Shown here in pieces: positions 36,634-45,237 of a stretch of DNA of 64,000 bases. The position numbers were made by a program, and so were the translations under genes. Each line of letters begins with the position of its first letter. Position 1 is the stretch's first letter. The stretch is taken from sequence record OR228459.1; one strand, written 5' to 3'. Under the pieces are notes generated by a model. The model ran no database searches. It had not been told where the DNA came from and saw nothing but the letters and a program-made list of their open reading frames with translations.

Positions 36634-37019
36634 TTAAAGATATTGATTTTTCAGGACTTGAAATCGTTAGTGCAGTCAAGAACATTACTGACATGTATGA
36701 TGAAAAAGGGGTGATTTGTACTATTACTTTTTTAAAAGAGGAAGATAGTATTTCGCATCTAACGGGAATTGAAGAATTAGTAGCTAAATTAGATTTAGAA
36801 GAAAATAAGAAGTATATTAAACTTTCTTATTCTTATACTATGGTTGAAAAAGAGATCGATACCGACCGCCCGGTGAAGGTGATTTTTACAGGAATAAATA
36901 AACCGTACAAAAAAATCTCCCGGTGCACTGAGGACAGTACTGAACTGATGCAGGACATTAAATTCATTGATGAGGTCTTTGAACGTTCACCTAATGAACT
37001 CAAACGCACATATCTATAA
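36630..37019 (+). CDS. hypothetical protein
   Basis: Coupled ORF. Confidence 0.7.
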   Translation: MIKDIDFSGLEIVSAVKNITDMYDEKGVICTITFLKEEDSISHLTGIEELVAKLDLEENKKYIKLSYSYTMVEKEIDTDRPVKVIFTGINKPYKKISRCTEDSTELMQDIKFIDEVFERSPNELKRTYL

Positions 37020-37022
37020 TCT

Positions 37023-37052
37023 TGGGACAAACAGGTTTTTTTGTGATATAAT
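37023..37052 (+). promoter_or_regulatory. GGGACA-class promoter of the candidate ncRNA
   Basis: TGGGACAAAC..TTGTGATATAAT, 17-bp spacer. Confidence 0.75.
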
Positions 37053-37057
37053 ATATG

Positions 37058-37546
37058 ATGAGGGATTACCCTCAGTCATACCAATCCTGAATGGCATGTG
37101 AAAGCATGAAAAATAAAAACCTGATCCTATCGAAAAGTAGATGGCAGATGAGTAGTTCATTCAGTACGATGTGCAAAAGAAACCCGTCAGAAATAAAGCG
37201 TAAGTGTAGTCGATTCCAACGAGACGTAAATCACACGCATCACGGCAATGCGGCACAATAAAGGCGTTAAGAAAACATAATCGCCCTAGATAGACATATG
37301 AGGCATACTCACCTAGTTGAAAGGGAGTCTCTTTACGGAGAGACAGCAGTATTTGTTGCTGAATTAGCAAGTACTGTAAGCGTGTGAGGAACACGACCGT
37401 TGTATGCAGACTGTAGTAGCTGGAAACAGGACAACCCGCCAGCGATTACTTTTATTTCAAATGGATTGATCCGTCTGAAATTTGAGTGGAATCTACAAAT
37501 TCAGATTGGTATGACTACCAGTGTCAGGTTTATCCTGATTTTTTTT
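37058..37546 (+). ncRNA. candidate large structured non-coding RNA, family unassigned
   Basis: No credible ORF; perfect 13-bp end-closing helix 37074-86/37504-16; nested helices 37205-18/37487-97 and 37278-84/37442-48; GAAA and UACG tetraloop hairpins; flanked by promoter and terminator. Confidence 0.7.
37523..37546 (+). terminator. intrinsic terminator closing the candidate ncRNA
   Basis: TCAGG-TTTAT-CCTGA plus T8. Confidence 0.7.
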
Positions 37547-37712
37547 CGGCCCTCCCTTGTGGGGGGATGGAATTGGATCACAAACCGTGTCAATAATAAA
37601 AAGTACAAACAATATAATTTGAATTATTATTTCTATAAGCGAAGTATGAGCGTAAGAGAAATAATAATTCTTAGACAATCGAAGATTGGCTAATCAAAAA
37701 CAAGGATATGAC

Positions 37713-38189
37713 ATGAATTCACATGAATTAGCTAAAAAGCTATTAGAGTTGCCAGAACACGAAGTGTTTATTGAAGTACAAACACCATCATCTAATGGTG
37801 TTGGTTTTGAATACAAAACAATAAAAATTTCTGAAAAGAATCAAATCACTCCTTCTGGTATTTTCCTTAAGCCTGATGTTTTCTTTAACCATACTAATGT
37901 AAAATCTCCTAACAGTGAACCAGTTATTGGTTCATATGCATTATACTTCAAAGATAAAACGGTAGTGATTAATCGTTATGATGAAAGTCGAATTAGTACT
38001 GCAACAGTTAAATTGTTGAGTACTGGAGAAAGTCGTGTTCACGAATATGGTACTTATAATATGACTATTCATGACAATTTCCAACATTTCAATCGTGGAT
38101 TTGAAACTGATATTGTATTAGTAACTAATAAAGAAACATTTGGGGAAAAGAACAAAAGCTATATCCAAATGCAGAGATTAGACATTTAG
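37713..38189 (+). CDS. hypothetical protein
   Basis: AAGGA SD; N-terminal module shared with 39965..40501. Confidence 0.7.
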   Translation: MNSHELAKKLLELPEHEVFIEVQTPSSNGVGFEYKTIKISEKNQITPSGIFLKPDVFFNHTNVKSPNSEPVIGSYALYFKDKTVVINRYDESRISTATVKLLSTGESRVHEYGTYNMTIHDNFQHFNRGFETDIVLVTNKETFGEKNKSYIQMQRLDI

Positions 38190-38264
38190 AAGATGTTGAC
38201 TATGTTCGTGTATTAGTATCGTATGATAAAGATACATGGACACCAACTTATAAGAGAATGACTT

Positions 38265-38690
38265 ATGCAGAAGCAATCGAATTCGGTAAAAGTCTATGAT
38301 TTAACTATTGAAACTGATGAATTCAATGCTTTAATGAATATATACATATTGTTATCTGGAGATCCAGCAGACCATATTTTTACATCATGCGACGATAATG
38401 TTTCCTTAATGGAGACTTTGCGATTTTGTATTCATCAGGCCGAATGTGGTGAAAATGTTTATATAGTAGGTTTCCCAAGAAGTATTCCTATTGAAAAAAG
38501 ACCAAATACTCTTTTTTTCCTTAAAAGTTGGTATGAATTAATGGATGTGTCTGATGAAGAACATATGTTGGTTATAGCAATTAGAGATATCTATGGTAAT
38601 ACTGGTGAGTACTATAAAATGGATGAAACCTTTAAACATTTAACACGAAATATACGAAGTCTAGTAAGCATATCTTTATATGCGGTATAA
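38265..38690 (+). CDS. hypothetical protein
   Basis: ORF in the + strand run. Confidence 0.65.
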   Translation: MQKQSNSVKVYDLTIETDEFNALMNIYILLSGDPADHIFTSCDDNVSLMETLRFCIHQAECGENVYIVGFPRSIPIEKRPNTLFFLKSWYELMDVSDEEHMLVIAIRDIYGNTGEYYKMDETFKHLTRNIRSLVSISLYAV

Positions 38691-38718
38691 ATACCGGTAT
38701 GATTTAACTCTATAAGGA
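38673..38718 (+). promoter_or_regulatory. late promoter TATAAATA inside an RBS-sequestering hairpin
   Basis: TATAAATA 38686-38693; TCTTTATA pairs with TATAAGGA (SD). Confidence 0.6.
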
Positions 38719-38726
38719 AAAATTTT

Positions 38727-39167
38727 ATGGATGAATATGAAGATATGCGTAGTATGATGGACTACGTTGATAGTACTGAACAATCTGACGATATTGATGC
38801 TGAATTACTAACTTTTGTTGATAACAGTATCTTTATGGAATCCCAAGCCCATCATTGGCATCTGCAATGTAATTATTACTCTAAACATATGGAATTGGAC
38901 GAATTCTACGAAGATTTACCAGAATTAGTTGATACATTTGTCGAAGGACTAATGAATACACGTGGCCCACTACCTATTGGTATGGATGCACAATACACTT
39001 TTGTTCCATTGGAAGATGCTATCAGTACTTTGGAAGTGTATGTCGAACAAGCAAGACAGATTCATAGACTACTTGATGAACGAGAGGATTTCGGTTCTGT
39101 TAATAGTCTAGAAGATATTATTTCATTTGTAGAAGCTACACTCTACAAATTAAAACATTTACAATAA
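38727..39167 (+). CDS. Dps/ferritin-like protein
   Basis: QAHHWHL...KHMELDEFYEDL.ELVDTFVE four-helix metal-binding pattern. Confidence 0.65.
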   Translation: MDEYEDMRSMMDYVDSTEQSDDIDAELLTFVDNSIFMESQAHHWHLQCNYYSKHMELDEFYEDLPELVDTFVEGLMNTRGPLPIGMDAQYTFVPLEDAISTLEVYVEQARQIHRLLDEREDFGSVNSLEDIISFVEATLYKLKHLQ

Positions 39168-39170
39168 AAC

Positions 39171-39198
39171 AGGGACGCTTTTTGCGTCCTTTTCTTTT
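39171..39198 (+). terminator. intrinsic terminator
   Basis: GGACGC-TTTTT-GCGTCC plus T-run. Confidence 0.75.
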
Positions 39199-39209
39199 GG
39201 ACAAAAAAA

Positions 39210-39434
39210 ATGAAAGAATATGCATTTTATTCCGCAATGGAACAATCACCTCGAAAATTCAAACAAGCGGCCCATTCCTTGGCCTTTTTATGTAGATTTA
39301 CACCAGTAAGTCATACTAAAATGAAAAACTGGAGTTTACGTCAATGCGTTAAACAAGCAAAGAAATATGGATGGGATGAATCTAAAAACTGGCGAGACCA
39401 TCTTACTTTCAAAGGAGACGAATATGAGTATTGA
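39210..39434 (+). CDS. hypothetical protein
   Basis: ORF. Confidence 0.6.
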   Translation: MKEYAFYSAMEQSPRKFKQAAHSLAFLCRFTPVSHTKMKNWSLRQCVKQAKKYGWDESKNWRDHLTFKGDEYEY

Positions 39435-39624
39435 CGATCTATATGCACTAATTGAAGAAGTGGAACTAGAACAAAAATATTTGTTTGTAGTTTATGATAT
39501 AGCACAGGATGATATCGGTATTGATGTACTAGACTATGAATCCGAAGATTGTATAGATGGTGGATACTTTAATAGTATCGAAGAAGTAATTGAATTTGTA
39601 AAAGAACATAAGGGGAGTCTATAA
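39424..39624 (+). CDS. hypothetical protein
   Basis: AAGGAG SD before MSIDDL. Confidence 0.7.
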   Translation: MSIDDLYALIEEVELEQKYLFVVYDIAQDDIGIDVLDYESEDCIDGGYFNSIEEVIEFVKEHKGSL

Positions 39625-39965
39625 TGAGTTCTGATCGCGTAACTTATGGCCTAATGGCTGAACTACAATTTGAAGTACCTAAAGATAAACGAGATGAAGT
39701 ATATGATGAACTTGAAGAACAAAACCTATTCATTAACTATGAAGGTACTTTGATTTATCATAAACAATTTGATGGGGAACCTTGGGAAACCGGATTCCTT
39801 TATGGAACCAAATCGTTTGGGGATATGCAAAAATTCATTGACTTGTGCGATGAACATGGTATGATTGTTAAAGAAGAAACAGTTGAACCATTCCATGCAA
39901 TTTGGTATGACGGGTGTGATGCACCAATGAATATCATTACGGTTAAAGAATTCCGGGAGGATTAA
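39624..39965 (+). CDS. hypothetical protein
   Basis: Coupled ORF. Confidence 0.7.
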   Translation: MSSDRVTYGLMAELQFEVPKDKRDEVYDELEEQNLFINYEGTLIYHKQFDGEPWETGFLYGTKSFGDMQKFIDLCDEHGMIVKEETVEPFHAIWYDGCDAPMNIITVKEFRED

Positions 39966-40501
39966 TGACTGCCAAAGAATTAGCTGAATTACTATTACAA
40001 ACCCCTGATTTGGAAGTATACACTGAAGAATGTCATGTACCAGATTTTTCTGATGCATACTATTCAGTTGAAAAAGTTATTGGGGTAACTAAAACTCCTG
40101 ATGGTATTTTTATCAACAACGAGTACATTAGTGGTAAAGAACCACGTTCTCCATCACAGAAACCACAAATTGGTTCAGTACGAATTATGCTAAAAGATGG
40201 TCAATGGTTTCGTCAAGGTAATGATGGTCTAAGTGTCCATAATTTACATGATTTCATTGAATATGGTTTCTTCATCACTTACGGTGGATGGAATTCAGAA
40301 AATTGGTTAATGTATGATGAAAGTAGAGTAGATGATTACATTAGTAGTAAAATTGAAGACACTGAAACCGAACCATATAGCAGTATTGAAGTACAATACA
40401 TTGAAATTTTGACAGAAGTACATTCTGATACGTGGCATGAAACATGGCAGAAATTTTCTTTTGAAGAAGCACTTGAATTTGTAAAAGCGAGGATTATCTA
40501 A
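39965..40501 (+). CDS. hypothetical protein
   Basis: GGAGG SD; N-terminal module shared with 37713..38189. Confidence 0.75.
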   Translation: MTAKELAELLLQTPDLEVYTEECHVPDFSDAYYSVEKVIGVTKTPDGIFINNEYISGKEPRSPSQKPQIGSVRIMLKDGQWFRQGNDGLSVHNLHDFIEYGFFITYGGWNSENWLMYDESRVDDYISSKIEDTETEPYSSIEVQYIEILTEVHSDTWHETWQKFSFEEALEFVKARII

Positions 40502-40779
40502 TGGCAAAAGTATTAGTACTAGCATGTATGTCAGCATTCGATGATGAAACACATTTCCATATTGATAATATGGGTGTAGTTGAAAGTATTGATGAAATGA
40601 ATACATTTGTTAGAGATAATCGTGATCAAACCTTGGGTATTTATTTCAAGTACTTCTTTACTATAAACGAAAATTTGAATTTCGATTCTAGTATTGAAGA
40701 CCTAATGCAAGAACTAAAACATGCTGAAGAAATAAATTATGCCCTAGCACTTTTAATACTATGCAATAAGGTTCTATAA
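40501..40779 (+). CDS. hypothetical protein
   Basis: Coupled ORF. Confidence 0.7.
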   Translation: MAKVLVLACMSAFDDETHFHIDNMGVVESIDEMNTFVRDNRDQTLGIYFKYFFTINENLNFDSSIEDLMQELKHAEEINYALALLILCNKVL

Positions 40780-41279
40780 TGTATACAGTACTATTCACGA
40801 GAGAAGCGGGTGGGGAAACTGAAGAATATTATGGAACTTCGCCTAGTGTGTTTGAGGTGCATTACTTTAATACTGAATATGAAGTTAAAAACTATATTGT
40901 AACAGAAACGGCTTATCAGGAAAAGATAGCACATAACGATACTGTTTATAATAAACGCAGGTTCTATTATGGTACTTATAGTTATGCTGTTCTACTCGAT
41001 GGAGTACTAATCTCTAACGATTATAACTTTGATTGTTGTTTCAGTGAAGTAACACTTCCAGACGGCGATTATTATTTCAATGTTTATGATTTATGCGTTC
41101 AGGGTGTAAAACAATTTGATGAATATAAAAATTATCTTTTCAAATACATCAATGAAGAAGAAACTGCATATAAACGTGCATTGAAAAAAGAAACAGAAGA
41201 ACGACTCTTGAAAGAAAAAGAGCGTGAAGAAAAAGAGAAGTTAAAAGAACTTCTCAAGAAATATCCCGATATAAGGTAA
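40779..41279 (+). CDS. hypothetical protein
   Basis: Coupled ORF. Confidence 0.7.
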   Translation: MYTVLFTREAGGETEEYYGTSPSVFEVHYFNTEYEVKNYIVTETAYQEKIAHNDTVYNKRRFYYGTYSYAVLLDGVLISNDYNFDCCFSEVTLPDGDYYFNVYDLCVQGVKQFDEYKNYLFKYINEEETAYKRALKKETEERLLKEKEREEKEKLKELLKKYPDIR

Positions 41280-41287
41280 ATAAAAGT

Positions 41288-41656
41288 ATGGCTAGGGGAT
41301 ATTGGAGTAAGCGGGGTTATTCCCTAAATGGTTTAAACCCGAACGCTTATACATCAAAAACTGATAAAGATGGTAATCTTATCAACCTACCGAGTGCGTC
41401 TCTTATGAAGTTCTGGAAGATAAGAGATATGCCTTTTGGTTCTGAACGGAGACGAGCAGTAATCGAGTTGTTAAAAACTGGTTATTTGATTCCCGTAAAT
41501 GGTATTGGTCAAATTCAATTGAAATGTGATCCTGATTTACGGAAATTGCTTAAAGATGAAAAGATACAAATGTACAATGAACGGAATCGTACATTTAAAA
41601 GAACTATAATAAGGTATAATGATGGAAGCGAAAGACGTAAGCGGAAAAGAAGTTAA
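41288..41656 (+). CDS. basic hypothetical protein
   Basis: ORF. Confidence 0.65.
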   Translation: MARGYWSKRGYSLNGLNPNAYTSKTDKDGNLINLPSASLMKFWKIRDMPFGSERRRAVIELLKTGYLIPVNGIGQIQLKCDPDLRKLLKDEKIQMYNERNRTFKRTIIRYNDGSERRKRKRS

Positions 41657-41822
41657 AATTGATGATATCGTGGCATTTGGTCATGACAATGGTAGTACTC
41701 TTCTAATTGGTAAAATTTTCAAAGTAACCCCTAAAAAAGTTTGGATGTATCCAATTATAGAAGGTAAAGTTGTCGAAACTACCTACTGCCGCGATCATAA
41801 TCGTGTCAGTAAGGTGGGATAA
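41619..41822 (+). CDS. small SH3-like hypothetical protein
   Basis: KDVSGKEVKIDDIVAF...IGKIFKVT pattern. Confidence 0.6.
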   Translation: MMEAKDVSGKEVKIDDIVAFGHDNGSTLLIGKIFKVTPKKVWMYPIIEGKVVETTYCRDHNRVSKVG

Positions 41823-42004
41823 TGACAAAAGAAGAAATAGAAGATTATATCAAGGAATTGATTCTTAGTAATATGACAGTACAAGTTGATATTAGTCCTG
41901 AGCCATATAGTAACAATGAATCCTATAATGTGCGTGTTGTTATTGAATATGATGGCGAAGAGATTAGTAGTTATGGAGATTCAATAAGGGTGTCCAATGG
42001 CTAA
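41822..42004 (+). CDS. hypothetical protein
   Basis: Coupled ORF. Confidence 0.65.
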   Translation: MTKEEIEDYIKELILSNMTVQVDISPEPYSNNESYNVRVVIEYDGEEISSYGDSIRVSNG

Positions 42005-42566
42005 ATTGCATTTTAACTACGCTGCTATGAATAGTGGCAAAAGTACTGATCTATTGAGAAAGGCTTTTAGCTACAAAGAACGTGGTCATGAGGTGTTATA
42101 TCTAACATCATCACTTGACACTAGATATCATGAAGGAAAGATTACTTCAAGAATTGGTATAGAATCAGATGCATTTGTGATTAAACCAAATTCATTATTT
42201 GAACTTGATATATTTTACGATGAAATATCAAGATCTGATTATAAGGCTGTTTTTGTAGATGAATGTCAGTTCTTGACTAAGGAACAGGTTGACAAGCTAG
42301 CAGAAATAGTGGATAATCTAAATGTGGATGTATTTTGCTATGGACTCAGGACTGATTTCACAGGCAATCTATTTGAAGGTTCAAAGCATCTTATTGAGGT
42401 TGCTGATGAACTTGAAGATCTAAGTAGCATTTGTGATTGTGGAAACAAAGCTATAATGACTGCTCGTTTAGTATCCAGTACTGAACAAGTACTCATTGGT
42501 GGTAATGAAGCATACAAAAGCATGTGCAGAAAATGTCATAAACAACACATGAGGTCTAAAACATGA
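41997..42566 (+). CDS. tk: thymidine kinase (type II)
   Basis: AAMNSGKST, VFVDECQFL, VFCYGLRTDF, GSKHLIEVAD, CDCG, IGGNEAYKSMCRKCH. Confidence 0.95.
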   Translation: MAKLHFNYAAMNSGKSTDLLRKAFSYKERGHEVLYLTSSLDTRYHEGKITSRIGIESDAFVIKPNSLFELDIFYDEISRSDYKAVFVDECQFLTKEQVDKLAEIVDNLNVDVFCYGLRTDFTGNLFEGSKHLIEVADELEDLSSICDCGNKAIMTARLVSSTEQVLIGGNEAYKSMCRKCHKQHMRSKT

Positions 42567-42784
42567 CAGACGTAATTAAAGAAGTTGCTATTAAAGTTGC
42601 TACTACAGTTTGGGAGGGAGTACAAGATGTATTTTCTTCTGCTGCTGGTGCGTTAGTAGCTGTTGTAGTAGCAATTCTCCTAAGTATTGTTCCTACATTT
42701 CTTTTGATCGGTGTAGCTATTGTGCTATTTGTTGGAATTGTTTATTCACAAGTCCAAGAAAAACTTGACAAAGAATCAGAATAA
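42563..42784 (+). CDS. small membrane protein
   Basis: Long hydrophobic stretch. Confidence 0.7.
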   Translation: MTDVIKEVAIKVATTVWEGVQDVFSSAAGALVAVVVAILLSIVPTFLLIGVAIVLFVGIVYSQVQEKLDKESE

Positions 42785-42793
42785 TGTAATAAT

Positions 42794-42822
42794 AAGCTCC
42801 TATATACATAGGGGCTTTTTTT
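42794..42822 (+). terminator. intrinsic terminator
   Basis: AAGCTCCTAT-ATAC-ATAGGGGCTT plus T-run. Confidence 0.8.
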
Positions 42823-42835
42823 ATGGGAGATTTTT

Positions 42836-43291
42836 ATGTTAATTTTCTTGAATTTGGTAACAGCGGTAATCGTACTCACATACGCTGCATATTACGGTTG
42901 GTTGGGTGAATCCCTTCAATCACGTTTTGTGCTAGATGTTAATGAACAATATGACCGTGAATTGTTGATGGTCATGGCACAAGTCCAAGCGGGTAATGGT
43001 ACGGCTTCTATGAATGATGAAGGTATGATTGTTCTAGAAACTGGTAAGTATCGCTATAAGGTATATGCAACCAACTATAGTGATGAAAAATTTGGTATTT
43101 GCTATGTTCGTTATACATATCCATATGAAGACAAAATATCATATAGAACAGATAAGATTGATGGTGATCTATCTTTAAGTACTCGCAAGTACTTACTAGC
43201 ATTTAAAGAAGAATATTTAGGAATTAAAGACCCATCTTCTGTAAGAAAATCTATTTTTCAATTTAAAAAAGAGAAGGTAACAATTAAATGA
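42836..43291 (+). CDS. membrane-anchored hypothetical protein
   Basis: GGAG SD; N-terminal TM. Confidence 0.7.
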   Translation: MLIFLNLVTAVIVLTYAAYYGWLGESLQSRFVLDVNEQYDRELLMVMAQVQAGNGTASMNDEGMIVLETGKYRYKVYATNYSDEKFGICYVRYTYPYEDKISYRTDKIDGDLSLSTRKYLLAFKEEYLGIKDPSSVRKSIFQFKKEKVTIK

Positions 43292-43632
43292 GTTTTGAAC
43301 AAAAAAATTCTGTCCAAACATTTTATGTTAACATTCATATTGCAGGTGATTACAATACTTGCATTCGTAAGTGCCGCGAGATTGCATATTCTTTCGGATT
43401 TTGTTTCCAAGTACATGCAGTAGACTATGTTTATACTGGTGGTTCTGAAGCAGGAGTAATGGTTCGTGTTATTAACTATCCGCGTTTTCCACGAAATGAA
43501 GACGAAATAAAAAATCTTTGCATTCAGTTTGGTTCTCAACTTGCAACCGAAATGTGTCAAAAGAGCTTTACTGTTGAGACTAGTACTGATACAATGTATT
43601 TTGAAAGTACACATCCATTGCACAGCAAATAG
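43288..43632 (+). CDS. conserved phage hypothetical protein
   Basis: YTGGSEAGV.VRVINYPRFP motif. Confidence 0.7.
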   Translation: MSFEQKNSVQTFYVNIHIAGDYNTCIRKCREIAYSFGFCFQVHAVDYVYTGGSEAGVMVRVINYPRFPRNEDEIKNLCIQFGSQLATEMCQKSFTVETSTDTMYFESTHPLHSK

Positions 43633-43640
43633 GAGTTCAT

Positions 43641-44219
43641 ATGATTGATATTATTGTATCATGTGCAGTAACAGCAGTTGCATCCTTTGGTGTGCATTAT
43701 GCATATATGAAATATTTTCCACAAAAAAGTATTTTACCTAGAATAAGTAAAACAAATCCAGAACCACCGTCTGGGTTAAGTACGGTGGATTATAATATCG
43801 AAGAAACCGAAGAACAGTACTTAAATCGTTTAAAGTACATTCATAGTACTGCATGGCAAGAATATTCACAACATGCAGATCGGGCAATTCATATTGACGG
43901 TGATCGTCATGTAAACCTACTTATTTTGAATGCCAGTAAGGGGTATATATCGTATAATGTAGGTCATCATACTCTTAATTTTGGTAGTGGTGAGGAAATT
44001 TGGATTGCAAACAAATACTTTGCTTATGGTCATATTCATCGCTCATCGTCCAAACCACATTTGCGGTTTTCATACACCGACCATCGTCTATCACCTTATA
44101 CCTTCTTACGTTTAGTTGATTTTGAGTACGAACACACTAATCCATTGGAATGGAAGCGTAAACATGATGAATATGGTAGGTATAGTCACCGCAACAGATT
44201 AAAGGCCCGGTTAAAATGA
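43641..44219 (+). CDS. membrane-anchored hypothetical protein
   Basis: AGGAG SD; N-terminal TM. Confidence 0.7.
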   Translation: MIDIIVSCAVTAVASFGVHYAYMKYFPQKSILPRISKTNPEPPSGLSTVDYNIEETEEQYLNRLKYIHSTAWQEYSQHADRAIHIDGDRHVNLLILNASKGYISYNVGHHTLNFGSGEEIWIANKYFAYGHIHRSSSKPHLRFSYTDHRLSPYTFLRLVDFEYEHTNPLEWKRKHDEYGRYSHRNRLKARLK

Positions 44220-44719
44220 TTAGTCATAAAGCAATGTACGATATGGTAACGCAATTTATGTCCACGATTGTACCAAATAATCTTTTCTGGAGTTCAGAAA
44301 AAGAATATACGGTGTACATGATGGAATCAATGGGGTATACTTTAAAAGATTGGTCATGGTATGATGGCCCTCTTGTTAATTTCTATTATCATAAAATTGA
44401 TGGACATTCAACATCACTGTCATATGCAGCTACAACACATGGTTACCATTTTATAAATGAATGGTATTCAATTGCAGTACATGAGGTTCCAGTACTAGCA
44501 TCATCTGCTAGAAAGAAATTACATGACTTTGAAAATGTAAGTATTCATAAACTTTCATTAGCATCAAATCAAAAATTAACATATGAGAATTCGTCAGATG
44601 AATTCAAAAAAATGGTAAACGACTTCACCAATTGGCAAAAAACATTTGACATTGATGAAGATTATCAGTATAGTGTAGAGATATACTTAACAGCTAAGGG
44701 TAACGTCGATGAATTCTAA
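44216..44719 (+). CDS. hypothetical protein
   Basis: Coupled ORF. Confidence 0.7.
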   Translation: MISHKAMYDMVTQFMSTIVPNNLFWSSEKEYTVYMMESMGYTLKDWSWYDGPLVNFYYHKIDGHSTSLSYAATTHGYHFINEWYSIAVHEVPVLASSARKKLHDFENVSIHKLSLASNQKLTYENSSDEFKKMVNDFTNWQKTFDIDEDYQYSVEIYLTAKGNVDEF

Positions 44720-44867
44720 AGAATCTTTTAAATATGCATTTGCAATAATTCTAGCAGCTTTTGGTGGGTATGGTTTCATTGCTGGTAATCCACAATGGTT
44801 TTGGTGGCTTATTGCATCATTGGGTTACTTAACAGGAACTGCATTCTATAAAATACTAATGGACTAA
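44709..44867 (+). CDS. small two-helix membrane protein (not in the ORF track)
   Basis: MNSKESFKYAFAIILAAFGGYGFIAGNPQWFWWLIASLGYLTGTAFYKILMD fills the gap. Confidence 0.6.
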   Translation: MNSKESFKYAFAIILAAFGGYGFIAGNPQWFWWLIASLGYLTGTAFYKILMD

Positions 44868-44871
44868 TATT

Positions 44872-45237
44872 ATGGCATTGAGTAAAAAATTACTTAAAAA
44901 ACGTAATGTGAAATACCTTAATGGATTTGTTGCAACTCAATGGAAATTAAGACGTGCTATTCTAGGAATAGGTACATATTATGGTCAAATAGAAGCAGAA
45001 ATTCGTAAGAAACGTATTAGTAAAAAATGTATAACATATGTTGATTATGATGATCTAAGACCATTCCTATTTAGATGGAGTGTACCGGTGTATAGCACAA
45101 ATCCATGTAAAAGAAGTCGGATAAAGAAATTCTGCACTGGATACCAAATGATTCGTCGCGAAGATATGATAGGTACTGAACAAGAATACCGAAATGTTTA
45201 TGTTGCTAGAGGGGGAGAACAAGTTGACAGATTCTAA
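44872..45237 (+). CDS. basic hypothetical protein
   Basis: ORF. Confidence 0.7.
   Translation: MALSKKLLKKRNVKYLNGFVATQWKLRRAILGIGTYYGQIEAEIRKKRISKKCITYVDYDDLRPFLFRWSVPVYSTNPCKRSRIKKFCTGYQMIRREDMIGTEQEYRNVYVARGGEQVDRF

Noticed and set aside
37058-37546. Assignment of the candidate RNA as tmRNA, RNase P RNA or group I intron
   Set aside because: No tRNA-like acceptor/T-arm ends or tag ORF; no GAGGAAAGUCC near the 5' end; the TAGTC/GACTA pair is in the reverse order to group I P7 and there is no interrupted host gene
37161-37693. ORFs 37161..37394(-), 37400..37693(+) and 37493..37678(-) in the long intergenic region
   Set aside because: No SD, atypical composition, and they cross the terminator and paired helices; the RNA-structure explanation fits better
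38196-38227. TTGACT...TATGAT as a sigma70 promoter
   Set aside because: The spacer is 20 bp, outside the workable range
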